From a virus (lineage: Duplodnaviria; Caudoviricetes), in the IMG/VR virus record IMGVR_UViG_3300012953_000053, positions 1 to 45,432 of that record: 45,432 nucleotides of DNA; one strand, given 5' to 3'. Made by a program: the position numbers and the translations under genes. Under the pieces are notes generated by a model, which did no database searches, was not told where the DNA came from, and worked only from the letters and a program-made list of their open reading frames with translations. This document shows, one piece after another, positions 26,739 to 36,707 of the stretch (position 1 is its first letter; the number at the start of each line of letters is the position of its first letter).

Positions 26739-27383
26739 TTATAATTTAGAGAGGAAATTTTTAAACGCTCTTATTTCCAATTCAGGCAATGCCTTCATCG
26801 GAGCACGTTTTATTTCAGTCTCAATTTCTTCAATTTCTTGAGGCTTCAAAATGCCGTTGTCCCATATCCAGTCTACTCCTTCCATAATTCCGTTAACGAA
26901 AGCGGAAGGTGCAGAGGGATCTTGGACTATATCTACGGAGGCTAACATAAAGTCATCCCGTACATACGCGCCATCTCTCCTGTTCTCAAGAGTTCCCATA
27001 CCACGACTTGATACACCAAGCTTAACTCCACCTTCGAGCAAACCTTCGACGATTTGACCCATTGGGGTTTTAAGTATTGATGCTTTTCCATAAACATTAT
27101 TTCCCTGGAATTCCAGGTTCGTAATTTTATGTGAAACTTTATCCAGGTTTACGGTTGGTCCTTCTGGATGATTTAACTCTCCAACCGCTCTTCCCTGAGA
27201 AACCTGTTCTTTAACATATTTGCTAACAGCTTTCTCTAAAATCTTTTTTTCATATATTCGGCCGTTTCTATTCTTTTTCTCGGCCTGCATAAAGACACCT
27301 TCTATATAAAGGTTCTTTTTACCATTGTTCTTTTCTACGATAACCTCTAATGGAGATTCAACGTATTCTGATATTAACTTCAT
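26739..27383 (-). CDS. gp21: prohead protease
   Basis: KNRNGRIY, GELNHP, GVSSRGMG, DIVQDPSAPSAFV. Confidence 0.97.
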   Translation of the reverse strand: MKLISEYVESPLEVIVEKNNGKKNLYIEGVFMQAEKKNRNGRIYEKKILEKAVSKYVKEQVSQGRAVGELNHPEGPTVNLDKVSHKITNLEFQGNNVYGKASILKTPMGQIVEGLLEGGVKLGVSSRGMGTLENRRDGAYVRDDFMLASVDIVQDPSAPSAFVNGIMEGVDWIWDNGILKPQEIEEIETEIKRAPMKALPELEIRAFKNFLSKL

Positions 27384-27384
27384 A

Positions 27385-27585
27385 TTAGTCTTCCTCTAAT
27401 AATTTAAGAAAATCTCTACCAGCTTCTTCAGCTTCAAGAATATCATTAAAGTCTTCATCTAATAATTGATTAGCACATTGGACTTTGTATACGCCATTTT
27501 CTTTAAAAATGACTACACTGTCTCCAAGCTTTTTAACTACTATCGGTTGAGACTTTATTTTTTCTCGAAACTCTTTGAATAACAT
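27385..27585 (-). CDS. small hypothetical protein in prohead core region
   Basis: 66-aa ORF translationally coupled between the gp67-like gene and gp21. Confidence 0.6.
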   Translation of the reverse strand: MLFKEFREKIKSQPIVVKKLGDSVVIFKENGVYKVQCANQLLDEDFNDILEAEEAGRDFLKLLEED

Positions 27586-27770
27586 TAGGCTTCTACCGGT
27601 TCTTCTATTGCTTCAGGTTCATCATTTGATTTACCTAAAGAAGACGCGATGTCTACCTTCTTTGCATCTAACGCATCATTTAGTTTTGATTTCATTAATG
27701 TATCAAAGCTCTTAGCTGCGTTAACATTATCACCATTCTTAATATTATCTATCAATTCATTTGTACTCAT
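27585..27770 (-). CDS. prohead core protein (gp67-like)
   Basis: ELIDNIKNGDNVNAAKSF...ALDAKKVDIA; position downstream of portal. Confidence 0.65.
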   Translation of the reverse strand: MSTNELIDNIKNGDNVNAAKSFDTLMKSKLNDALDAKKVDIASSLGKSNDEPEAIEEPVEA

Positions 27771-27789
27771 AAAGTTTTCCTCGTACTCT

Positions 27790-27797
27790 TATTTATA
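27790..27797 (-). promoter_or_regulatory. late promoter
   Basis: TATAAATA upstream of head core genes. Confidence 0.75.
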
Positions 27798-27802
27798 AAA
27801 AT

Positions 27803-29287
27803 TTAGATGTCAAGATCGAGATCTTCACCATCTTCTTCTTGTTCTGCTTCAATTTGTTTATTAATTTCAGCAATATCATCATCATTTTGACGTAATATAG
27901 TCTTACGTATCCATTCATTTGATACATATTTGCCTACATATTCGTCTAATGAAGCTAACATCTCAAATCTTTCTCTGATCATTTCTGATTCTTTTAATTC
28001 ACTAAAGTAATTATCTTCAATGAAATCGAAAGCTATTTGTTCTTTCCATGAATCCCAATCTTGTTTAGTTATAATCTTTTTCAATAATAACTGCGTTCTT
28101 AATGTTTGCATAAACAAGTCTGAGAATCTTTTTCTTAATCTGTCAACGAATTTCTTAAATTTAACTTCGTCTCTAGAAATCTCTGTGCTTCTTCCTAAAG
28201 TAAATTGAGCTTCTTGTTCTAATCTATTTAATGGAACGTTTAAAGCTTTATATAATTTCTTTTGGAAATATATTATATCATCTATTTGGCCTAAGCTTTC
28301 ACCACCTGGTAATGTAGATATTTCAGTACCTCTTCCACCTTCTCTTCTTGGTAGGAAGAAATCTTCAAGCATACTCATATGCTTTTTATCATCTTTAATC
28401 TCACCTGTGCTTGCATCATATACCAATTTATTTCTATATTGGTTCATAATATTCTTAAGGTATTCTTCTGCTTTACCTTTAGGTAAGTTACCAACATCAA
28501 TATAGAATATTCTACGTTCTGGTGCTCTACTTATTCTGTAGATAACCAAAGAATCTTCCATCATTCTTAATTGGTTTACTGGCTTAATAGCTTTATGTAG
28601 ATATGATAAGATTCTTGTTCTTCCAGGATCTAATTGACCTGAAGTACAGTATATAATAGCATCAGGGTGAATCTTAACTCCCTGATTATGTTTTTCCATT
28701 TTGTTATCTTGGAAAATAAAGTATTCTTCTTGTTTGGTGATTATCTTTGCACCAGTCTTAGGATCTTCTTTCTCTTCAATCTCTTTGACCTTTCTTAATT
28801 TAGCTGGGTCAATATATCTTAATTCTTTAATACCTTTACTTGGTGATCCTTCGTCTATAATAACGTGATAAGGTAATCTTCCATCAATATACCACTTTCT
28901 GAATATATCATGTGCGTATTGATTGAAATTGATCATCCTTAATACATTGTCAAACTCATTTTTAACCACTTCTTTAATTTGATCAGATACATCTAAAGCA
29001 TCTAATCTTATATCAACAGGAGATGAATCATGATCTCCTACGATTGTTTCATTAACTATATCTTCAATTGCTGCATCGCATTCTGGTTGGGCGGATATAT
29101 CCCTATATTTCATGATAAGATCTAGTTCACCTTTTACTTTGTCTCCGTCTTGATCTAGATAAACACCAAAATGTCCACCAGATTGTATAACACCAGCGCC
29201 ATCAGCCTCGGTGTTTGGTACAAAGGAAGGTCGTTCGGCTTTTTTATTAGCCTTACGATTTATTTCAAATCCAAAAAATTCTGCCAT
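27803..29287 (-). CDS. gp20: portal vertex protein
   Basis: YLHKAIKPVNQLRMMEDSLVIYRISRAPERRIFYIDVGNLPK, PRREGGRGTEISTLPGG. Confidence 0.98.
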   Translation of the reverse strand: MAEFFGFEINRKANKKAERPSFVPNTEADGAGVIQSGGHFGVYLDQDGDKVKGELDLIMKYRDISAQPECDAAIEDIVNETIVGDHDSSPVDIRLDALDVSDQIKEVVKNEFDNVLRMINFNQYAHDIFRKWYIDGRLPYHVIIDEGSPSKGIKELRYIDPAKLRKVKEIEEKEDPKTGAKIITKQEEYFIFQDNKMEKHNQGVKIHPDAIIYCTSGQLDPGRTRILSYLHKAIKPVNQLRMMEDSLVIYRISRAPERRIFYIDVGNLPKGKAEEYLKNIMNQYRNKLVYDASTGEIKDDKKHMSMLEDFFLPRREGGRGTEISTLPGGESLGQIDDIIYFQKKLYKALNVPLNRLEQEAQFTLGRSTEISRDEVKFKKFVDRLRKRFSDLFMQTLRTQLLLKKIITKQDWDSWKEQIAFDFIEDNYFSELKESEMIRERFEMLASLDEYVGKYVSNEWIRKTILRQNDDDIAEINKQIEAEQEEDGEDLDLDI

Positions 29288-29308
29288 TCTTTAATTCCTC
29301 ATATTATC

Positions 29309-29345
29309 AGAGGGGAAATTAATCCCCTCTTCTAACATATTTATA
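29309..29345 (-). promoter_or_regulatory. late promoter (29338-29345) followed by a leader/terminator hairpin (29309-29330)
   Basis: TATAAATA; AGAGGGGA-ttaatt-TCCCCTCT stem-loop upstream of portal SD. Confidence 0.7.
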
Positions 29346-29352
29346 CTACTTT

Positions 29353-29883
29353 TTATGATGTAGTACCTGATTCCCAATACTGAACCTGTAGTTCAACTGT
29401 GAATTCTTCAATAGCGTCTACTGTATCGTAATTAAGATCAATAGCTGCTACTGATGAAGGCCAACAACCTCTAAAGTCGTATCTCTTTGAAGTAGATCCG
29501 TCTTTTCTAAGTTGTTCAACAACCACATCAGCAGAGTAATCGCTTAGATCTACTAATCCAGTGTTGTTAACGTGTTCGTTAATACCGTTCATCCATTCTT
29601 CGAAAGCATTCCTAACGTCGAATTCTGCATCGTTAATAACAGTAAGAGATAAGTTCTCGAAAGTTCTATCTCCTGCTATCTTAACCTTTCTGCCTCTAAA
29701 ACCAACTTCAAAACCATTAATGGTTGAAGCAGGTATACTAGCTTGCTTACATAAGAATGATGTAAGTTCAACGTTAGCTGAGCTAACATATGACGGAAAG
29801 TTTACAGTTGCTTTAAATAAAGAAGGTCTAGCACCGCCACCAGTAAGTTTCGATTTAAAATCGTCTATGCCTAAAATTGCCAT
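29353..29883 (-). CDS. gp19: tail tube protein
   Basis: GGGARPSLF, FRGRKVKIAGDRTF, IEEFTVELQVQYW. Confidence 0.96.
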   Translation of the reverse strand: MAILGIDDFKSKLTGGGARPSLFKATVNFPSYVSSANVELTSFLCKQASIPASTINGFEVGFRGRKVKIAGDRTFENLSLTVINDAEFDVRNAFEEWMNGINEHVNNTGLVDLSDYSADVVVEQLRKDGSTSKRYDFRGCWPSSVAAIDLNYDTVDAIEEFTVELQVQYWESGTTS

Positions 29884-29896
29884 GTCTTACTCCTCC

Positions 29897-31609
29897 TTAA
29901 CTCGATGTACCAGCAACTTCAGAGAAGTCTACGCCGGTTCTTGTTGCTACAAAGTTCAATGTTATGAAGTTAATAGATCTATTTGGCTTGATAAAAATAT
30001 CAGCAACAAAGCTATTACCATCAATCACTTGACTTGTATTGTTTGTGTTATCGCAAACGACTCTGAAATCAGTAAGTCCTCTACGTCCTTTAACATCTCT
30101 TAAGAAAGGTTCTACCAAATTCTTGAACTGAGCTCTAGTGAATTCATCGTTGAATTCAAATAATTGAGCTTTAGCTGCTGTTGATATAGCCTTTTCTAAA
30201 GTTATGAATAATCTTCGAACGTTAATACGATCGAAGGCAGAAGGTCTACTTAATAAAGTTTTGTCACCAAATAGAATTGTGCCTTGTCCAGGCATAGAAA
30301 CTATAGGATTAACTCTTCCTTTATATAGTGTATCTCTTTGAGCTTGATTAGGGTTCCAAGCAAGCTTGGTTACGCCTAATAGTTGCCCTCTGTTCACACC
30401 AGCTGGTGAGAACCATGCATCAGCAACTCTGTCTGTGCCTGCGCACAGTCCAGCTATGTGACCAGCTGCACCTATCCAACGATAAGTATCATTGTACTTA
30501 TCATAAACATAGATTGCACCTGAGTCGCAAGAAGCATATGAACTAGATGTAAGTCCATTTGCAAATGCCATAACATCTGTGTCCGGAGCTGAAGATCCTT
30601 GCGAATCTGCTATCGGAGGTGATATAAATGCCATACAGTCTTTTCTTGCTGCTGCAATTGAGATTAAGTCTTCTGCGATTGTTTCTGCGCCGTTAGCGTC
30701 TGGATATGCAAATAATAATCCAACATCAACTGTATCAGCGTCTTCGAGTAAATCGAATCCTGCTGCTATTTCAGCTGCTGTAGGAGCGTTATCATCTGTT
30801 CCACCTGCTAAGCTATCAGTAATTGCGGTTGTTGAACCAGCAATTGAAGCTGAAGCAGATATAGCGGATCCTGCATTTGATAATGCACTTGGATGATCCA
30901 TCCATCTAACGTAATTAGAACCAGAATTAACTACGTCTACGTAGTAATTAGAAGTTCCATCTGAGGCTTTAGCATCAGATCCTTGTGACATAAATGAGAA
31001 AGTTTCTAAAACAGTGTTAGCTGTTCCAGTGAATAAACCATCTTCATCTAAAACTAGGACATGAAGCTCATCGCCTATTGACCCTTTACCAAGATTCCCT
31101 GCGTACTCACTAGTTCCAGGAGCTGCATCGAATACTTCAGAATATTTTTTACCAGTTGCATACGTAATAGTAGACCAACTGTTAACACCTTCAGTAACGA
31201 TACAAACTTTTAAGCTATTTCCTTTAGACCCTGGGTGTTTAGCCGCCCAATGTCCACTAGAACCTGCGCCAGTATTGTAGCTTGAATCAACGTAATGGGT
31301 ATCATTTTTAATTTTGAGACCGTTTCCATCTGCAGTAGCGTTTAGATGTCCAGAATCTGCACGTACAACTCTAAGAGCATTACCATACTTTAAGAATGAT
31401 GCTGCTGTTAAGAAGTATTTAAACGTGTTGTCATCTGGTTCGCCAAACGTATCAACTAATTCTTGTTCAGAACTAATTAATTTGCTTTCTAGAACTGGTC
31501 CCCAATTGAATGACCCAGCGGTTCCACCAATGCTAGTGGAAACGGCAGGTACTACGGAAGTTGCGTCAATTTCCTTGACTTGTACTCCGGGTGATACTTG
31601 AAATGCCAT
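29897..31609 (-). CDS. gp18: tail sheath protein
   Basis: SPGVQVKEID, WFSPAGVNRG, FDRINVRRLF, IKPNRSINFITLNF. Confidence 0.98.
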   Translation of the reverse strand: MAFQVSPGVQVKEIDATSVVPAVSTSIGGTAGSFNWGPVLESKLISSEQELVDTFGEPDDNTFKYFLTAASFLKYGNALRVVRADSGHLNATADGNGLKIKNDTHYVDSSYNTGAGSSGHWAAKHPGSKGNSLKVCIVTEGVNSWSTITYATGKKYSEVFDAAPGTSEYAGNLGKGSIGDELHVLVLDEDGLFTGTANTVLETFSFMSQGSDAKASDGTSNYYVDVVNSGSNYVRWMDHPSALSNAGSAISASASIAGSTTAITDSLAGGTDDNAPTAAEIAAGFDLLEDADTVDVGLLFAYPDANGAETIAEDLISIAAARKDCMAFISPPIADSQGSSAPDTDVMAFANGLTSSSYASCDSGAIYVYDKYNDTYRWIGAAGHIAGLCAGTDRVADAWFSPAGVNRGQLLGVTKLAWNPNQAQRDTLYKGRVNPIVSMPGQGTILFGDKTLLSRPSAFDRINVRRLFITLEKAISTAAKAQLFEFNDEFTRAQFKNLVEPFLRDVKGRRGLTDFRVVCDNTNNTSQVIDGNSFVADIFIKPNRSINFITLNFVATRTGVDFSEVAGTSS

Positions 31610-31683
31610 CGCTTTATCCTCTCAATAAGGTTTGTTTATAAGTTATCATAATAAGGTTTGTTTTCACTCATCTTTATTTATGA

Positions 31684-33300
31684 TTAAAAGAGTCCTGTGG
31701 TCTTTGTATCTTCTTCGAACCACACATTACCCTTTCCATCACCTTCACCTTTATCTACTTTTTGTCCATCATCTACAATACCAAATGGTAACATATCATC
31801 CTGTATTGCCTTTAATTGTTCATTATATAATAAGTTTTTCATATCAATATCTGATATAGAACTGAATATATCTGTTGTGGTAAACCATGCAAATAAAACT
31901 AAATTCATCATTAAATCATCGTGATTTGGTGCTTTAGCCATATAAGATCTACCCACTGCTACAAATGTAGCCATTTCTATTATTGTATTTGCATCATATA
32001 TTGTTAACTTTCCTTGCTCAATTAAATCTTTTATTGTAGAACAACCTATTCTTTTTACTCTTTTAGTCATAGTAGCACCAATAGCATTGGCTTTAATAGC
32101 TGATTCTACAAACATATTTTCATATTCTAAATCATAATATAAGCCATTACATACAACAATACCAGCATCGTTTGACTCTACAATGATATAAGCTTCATTA
32201 TATGTTTTAGCATATTTGTATATTATATCAGGTAATAACATAGGTGATATATTATTATCTCTAAAGACACATACTTGTTCAAAAGGTTCTACTGATATAT
32301 CAATTATAGTAAATGTACTATAATCCTGTCCTCTACCCTTAGCAACATCAACAGTTATTATATAATCGTGGCTTTCAACCACATCTTTATATATCCATAT
32401 ATTCTCTTGATAACGTAAAGGATCTATAGATTTTTGTGCTAATAAATGATTTGCTGCTATTAATGTATTACCTTTACCATGGAATGTATTACCAAACTCT
32501 TGTTCAAATTGTAATTCAGATGTATTAGAAATAGTTTCATTTTTCCATCTATCATCTCTTCCTGGTACATCCCACCAATCTACTCTAAATGGTTTAAATT
32601 CATTAGTTCCATTTGTAGCACCTTCCCACAGTTTATGATAAACATTACCAACACCATTTGCTGTAGATGTAACAATAATTTGTGTATCTCTACCCGCTGA
32701 AACTACCGGATAAGTTGATGTATAGAATTGGGCATCATTCTCTACAAATGCAAACTCATCTAAGAATAATAAATTAATTGATAAACCTCTTATTGAACTA
32801 CCAGATGTTGCTGAAGCTATTATCTTACTATTATTACTGAATTCTAAAGATCCTTTATTTAAAGCTTTAGTTCCTGGCTGTAAAAAGAATGGTAAGTTCT
32901 CGAGCGCGAGCGTGATACGCGCAAGCATCTCACGGGCGACCGCGCCTTTGTTCGCGAGTATAGCTATAGTTTTTTCTGGGTGAAAACAAGCATACCATAA
33001 TAGATATACCACCGATGATATTGATTTACCACTTTGCCTACACGCTAATACAATACTAAATCTATTATTATTAAAATGTTCAAACATCTTTTCTTGATAA
33101 TCATATAAATTAAATGGAACCAAACCCTCATCAAGAGATATAATCTTTACATATGTACGGGCAAAGTATGAAGGATCCTTCATACATTTTTGATATTCTA
33201 TAACTTCTTCTTTGGTAAAATCACTAACAACACCATCTCTTTTAACTGATGGATTGCCTAAGTAACCAAATTCAGTATTCTTAATCCTCTGGTTTGACAT
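31684..33300 (-). CDS. gp17: terminase large subunit
   Basis: YLGNP, RQSGKS, FLDEFAF, TSTANG, FEQEF, DVAKGRGQDYS, HDDLMM. Confidence 0.98.
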   Translation of the reverse strand: MSNQRIKNTEFGYLGNPSVKRDGVVSDFTKEEVIEYQKCMKDPSYFARTYVKIISLDEGLVPFNLYDYQEKMFEHFNNNRFSIVLACRQSGKSISSVVYLLWYACFHPEKTIAILANKGAVAREMLARITLALENLPFFLQPGTKALNKGSLEFSNNSKIIASATSGSSIRGLSINLLFLDEFAFVENDAQFYTSTYPVVSAGRDTQIIVTSTANGVGNVYHKLWEGATNGTNEFKPFRVDWWDVPGRDDRWKNETISNTSELQFEQEFGNTFHGKGNTLIAANHLLAQKSIDPLRYQENIWIYKDVVESHDYIITVDVAKGRGQDYSTFTIIDISVEPFEQVCVFRDNNISPMLLPDIIYKYAKTYNEAYIIVESNDAGIVVCNGLYYDLEYENMFVESAIKANAIGATMTKRVKRIGCSTIKDLIEQGKLTIYDANTIIEMATFVAVGRSYMAKAPNHDDLMMNLVLFAWFTTTDIFSSISDIDMKNLLYNEQLKAIQDDMLPFGIVDDGQKVDKGEGDGKGNVWFEEDTKTTGLF

Positions 33301-33685
33301 CTATTACATCATCTTTAGTATCTAATAACATTCTTTGTAGTTCTGTTGTACTACCAACAAATACATTGTTATTAGTTATTTCTCTTTTCACATCATCCTG
33401 TGTTAATTCTTTTTTGTTCTTTTGTAGCTTCATAAGCTTATCTGTAATATCACCTATAGATTTTAAGTGATTAGATAATACTTCGAATGCGCGTGGGTGC
33501 TCGCTCTCGCGTGCGAGCTCGGCTAATGAATCCATTGATTGTGTACCTACTGCGATTAGTTCTTTGTAAGTATCACGAGAAAATTCATAATCATCTTTTA
33601 TATCTTTCTTAGCAACGTAATCTTCTCTTTTAGTTCCAGGAAGATTTTTCTCTAAGCGTTCAGCGATTGCATCTTTCTTATTCAT
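33281..33685 (-). CDS. gp16: terminase small subunit
   Basis: DYEFSR, SEHPRAFEV, NNNVFVGSTTELQRML. Confidence 0.93.
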   Translation of the reverse strand: MNKKDAIAERLEKNLPGTKREDYVAKKDIKDDYEFSRDTYKELIAVGTQSMDSLAELARESEHPRAFEVLSNHLKSIGDITDKLMKLQKNKKELTQDDVKREITNNNVFVGSTTELQRMLLDTKDDVIDVKPED

Positions 33686-33695
33686 AATATACTAT

Positions 33696-34664
33696 TTATA
33701 CAGCTTGATTTACGGTTGCAGTAGCTGTACTCGTTCCTCCAGTAATGGTTTCACTTTGATAAAAATAGCCAGTTGGATCTGAAATTACCATTGTAGTTCC
33801 ACTTATACTAGTAACCTTAGCTGTGCTAGCAGATGTTCCGCCTGTTATAGTTTCTCCTACTTGGAATGTACCACTAACACTTGATAGCGTTAAAGTCATT
33901 GATGTAGGGATATTTAAATAATCTACTGTAGAAGTAACAGTATAAGAATCTTCTTTATCTGCTGTCGGAGGATTAACTGCAAAGTCTTGTCCTTCAAGAA
34001 AGATGTTATTTGATTTATCTATCCAATCAATATCAACATTCTTAATAGTTCTCATTTCTGTTGTACCAGAATAGAATGTCATTTTCATAGTAAAGGTCAT
34101 AGTATAAGTTAACACTCTTCTAGTAGCATAATCCCCATCATAACTATCTTCAATACTAGTATCATTTAAAATAATAGGAACATCTTGTTTAAAATTAGTC
34201 CAACCATCAATAGGTTTAATTGTGACTGTATAATCAGGTTGAAAGAATGGAATAATTTGTTCTAATATTTGTAATCCATCATCTTGATTCTTTGTCATAA
34301 TGCTTAAAGACATACCTATATTATATGGTACTTGAGCTTGAATAACTTGTCTTTTATTATTATCTGTTCCATGTTCATAATGAAGTTTATTCTTTTTATT
34401 TTCTTTTTTATTAGTATCAACAGATAATGATGTTATTTCAAAAGACATACGAGGCAATTTAATTGCCATACTTGCATCACTTTGGGTATCTTGATCTAAT
34501 CTTGATAAGAATTTTTCTTTTGGTCCATAAGCTAATGGAACTTTAATTTGATTTAATATACCACCAGAACCATCTTTTCTAACTACGGAAATATTATTAA
34601 ACATAGTACCAAAAACCGCTACGGATTTTCTCATGGTTGCGTGATAGAAATGGGAACCGAACAT
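33696..34664 (-). CDS. gp15: tail sheath stabiliser/terminator with C-terminal beta-repeat extension
   Basis: HFYH, VPLAYGPKEKF, LPRMSFE, QILEQIIPFFQP; C-terminal ETITGGTS repeat x2. Confidence 0.93.
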   Translation of the reverse strand: MFGSHFYHATMRKSVAVFGTMFNNISVVRKDGSGGILNQIKVPLAYGPKEKFLSRLDQDTQSDASMAIKLPRMSFEITSLSVDTNKKENKKNKLHYEHGTDNNKRQVIQAQVPYNIGMSLSIMTKNQDDGLQILEQIIPFFQPDYTVTIKPIDGWTNFKQDVPIILNDTSIEDSYDGDYATRRVLTYTMTFTMKMTFYSGTTEMRTIKNVDIDWIDKSNNIFLEGQDFAVNPPTADKEDSYTVTSTVDYLNIPTSMTLTLSSVSGTFQVGETITGGTSASTAKVTSISGTTMVISDPTGYFYQSETITGGTSTATATVNQAV

Positions 34665-35593
34665 TAATAATTCTCCGAAGGATCACCAAATGGATTTGAC
34701 TCCGAGAAATCAATAAATCCATCAGCTGATATTTCAAATGCTACATTCTCGGCTCCACCGTCTGATGGGAATACGTTTTCTGAGTTATCACCTATATCAT
34801 ATATTTTAGAAATATGTGCAGATACAGATGAAGTATTACCAGTTAATGCAATAGAACTTGAAACAATAAAGTCTGTTGCTGTGGTTGTTCCACTAACCCC
34901 AATATTAGATACTGTAATTGTTCCTGCAATATCTGAGGTTTTAGTAATTGTTTGAACTTCACCACTTACTGTAATACCAGATGAAACTACCTGACTAACT
35001 ATCTCTCCAACACTATAGTGGTTACCACCTGAGGTTGTATATTCTATTGTTTCTTGATAGGATAATTTCTGCTGAGTAATATCAATTGCATCAATACCAG
35101 TTTCGAAATCTTCTTCATTGTATTCATAAAGAGCACATTGTAATTTATATACTGGTAAATTAGATAATTGATAGAACGGTTGTTCGTGTTCGACAAACAT
35201 AATTTCAAAGAACTTGTTTGTCATTGGAAGGAATATAATATCTCCTTCATTCGGAACAGGATAATCAACGGTATTATTCCAAACCCCAATAAGTTTGTTC
35301 CATTGTCTTTTAGAGATTATGAAAGTAGCTTCATCTCTAATTTCTAAACCAAACTTAGAATATAAGTCGCCTGAACCAGCGAATCCTTCTATATCTTCAA
35401 TATAAGTTTCAATAATATAAGCATCATCAAATTTGGATCCTGAAGCTTCCCCAAGTACATCATCCCTAGTTATTATAGTTCTAGGTAGATAATAAGCGTC
35501 TTGTCCGTAAATCTTTAAAGATTCTATGATTAAGTCTTCGTAAAGATTTTGTTCGGACTTAACGGATTGGCTGAAGTATACGTTCCTAGCCAT
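34664..35593 (-). CDS. gp14: neck protein gp14
   Basis: EQNLYEDLIIESLKIYG, SKFGLEIRDE, FVEHEQPFYQL, DFSESNPFG. Confidence 0.94.
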   Translation of the reverse strand: MARNVYFSQSVKSEQNLYEDLIIESLKIYGQDAYYLPRTIITRDDVLGEASGSKFDDAYIIETYIEDIEGFAGSGDLYSKFGLEIRDEATFIISKRQWNKLIGVWNNTVDYPVPNEGDIIFLPMTNKFFEIMFVEHEQPFYQLSNLPVYKLQCALYEYNEEDFETGIDAIDITQQKLSYQETIEYTTSGGNHYSVGEIVSQVVSSGITVSGEVQTITKTSDIAGTITVSNIGVSGTTTATDFIVSSSIALTGNTSSVSAHISKIYDIGDNSENVFPSDGGAENVAFEISADGFIDFSESNPFGDPSENY

Positions 35594-35596
35594 GAT

Positions 35597-36679
35597 TTAC
35601 CCCGTCATAAAGTCAATCGGTTCTTCCCAATTGAGCCTAGCTTCTTCTACTAATTTCTCAAGATCTTGAGTAGCATCATCATATATTTGTCTTCCATTGA
35701 AGGTGACTCCACCAGGCATCTGCATCCCTTCAAATTTAATTAAGTTTTGTCCCCACTGTTGTTTAATAAGAGCAGTAACATATTTCTTTAAATAATAATC
35801 ATTATATACATCTGTATATGTATTTGGGTCTAATATTCTATAACATTCTAATACTAGATATGTTGAATTAATAGCTAATGTAAGTTTACTACCCATATTA
35901 GAATGATTTGCACAATAGTAATATAACGTATCAGGCGCATCTTCTGCTATTGTAAATGTTACCTTAGCACCAGATTGACCAGCTGTTCCAGTAACAACCA
36001 CTCCAGTTGTATACTCTGTTCCTGATCCATGTGTTCCATCTGATGTTTCTGAAAATTTAAATGGATGTCCACTATTTGATGCATCTGAAACGTCAAAGGT
36101 GTATACCACGCCTTTACTTAAAGCTAACTCCTTTGATTCTCCATCTATTGTAAATTTATTAGATGCAACTTTAATTACGTGAGTTGCCGCAGCAACTGAA
36201 TCTGTTTCTTCAGACCAATCCATATTAATTCTTAATGTATTTCTATGTCTATTAAAATCAATATGTTTATCATTAGAATCGATTATCATATCTAACATTG
36301 ATAACCATTGTTGACTTAATTCATATTCTAATAGTGATCCCATATATCCTAATGAGAACATATCATTTAAGTGCATTTGATATTTAGCATCAAACATACT
36401 TATAGATGAGTTATTAACATCTCTTAGTGGAAATACTCTAACAACATTTGTAACTAATTCTGGTATTGAAATATAACCATTAGTTTGATCTGTTGGAGTT
36501 ACTAAGTGTTTTAAATAAACTTTCTCGACTGCATCTGCATGATATTCCTGGTAAAATTGTAATCCTTCATCTACTCTATCGTCTACTTGATCATCATCAA
36601 CGTTGATTTCGATCACAGGATGGCCTAACGCTCTCTTGCAGTATGAAACTAGTGTTGCTCTTGAATTTGGTTTAGCCAT
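35597..36679 (-). CDS. gp13: neck protein gp13 with inserted cupredoxin-like domain
   Basis: LGHPVIEINVDDDQ, KQQWGQNLIKF, PGGVTFNG; internal ~110-aa insert with GHPF...LYYYCANHSNMG. Confidence 0.93.
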   Translation of the reverse strand: MAKPNSRATLVSYCKRALGHPVIEINVDDDQVDDRVDEGLQFYQEYHADAVEKVYLKHLVTPTDQTNGYISIPELVTNVVRVFPLRDVNNSSISMFDAKYQMHLNDMFSLGYMGSLLEYELSQQWLSMLDMIIDSNDKHIDFNRHRNTLRINMDWSEETDSVAAATHVIKVASNKFTIDGESKELALSKGVVYTFDVSDASNSGHPFKFSETSDGTHGSGTEYTTGVVVTGTAGQSGAKVTFTIAEDAPDTLYYYCANHSNMGSKLTLAINSTYLVLECYRILDPNTYTDVYNDYYLKKYVTALIKQQWGQNLIKFEGMQMPGGVTFNGRQIYDDATQDLEKLVEEARLNWEEPIDFMTG

Positions 36680-36698
36680 TTCTATTATCCTCTATTAC

Positions 36699-36706
36699 TA
36701 TTTATA
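36699..36706 (-). promoter_or_regulatory. late promoter
   Basis: TATAAATA upstream of gp13 SD (GAGGA). Confidence 0.8.
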
Positions 36707-36707
36707 A

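Noticed and set aside
24124-31924. Plus-strand ORFs such as 24616..25062, 29561..30103, 30579..30896, 31314..31601 (also 2269..2586, 13122..13379, 38599..38871)
   Set aside because: Antisense shadows of well-conserved minus-strand genes; Ser/Ala/Pro-rich, no SD or promoter
5788-33300. Introns, inteins or homing endonucleases in gp43, uvsW, gp46, gp17, gp20, gp23
   Set aside because: All are continuous and of normal length; no intein, HNH, GIY-YIG or LAGLIDADG motifs seen
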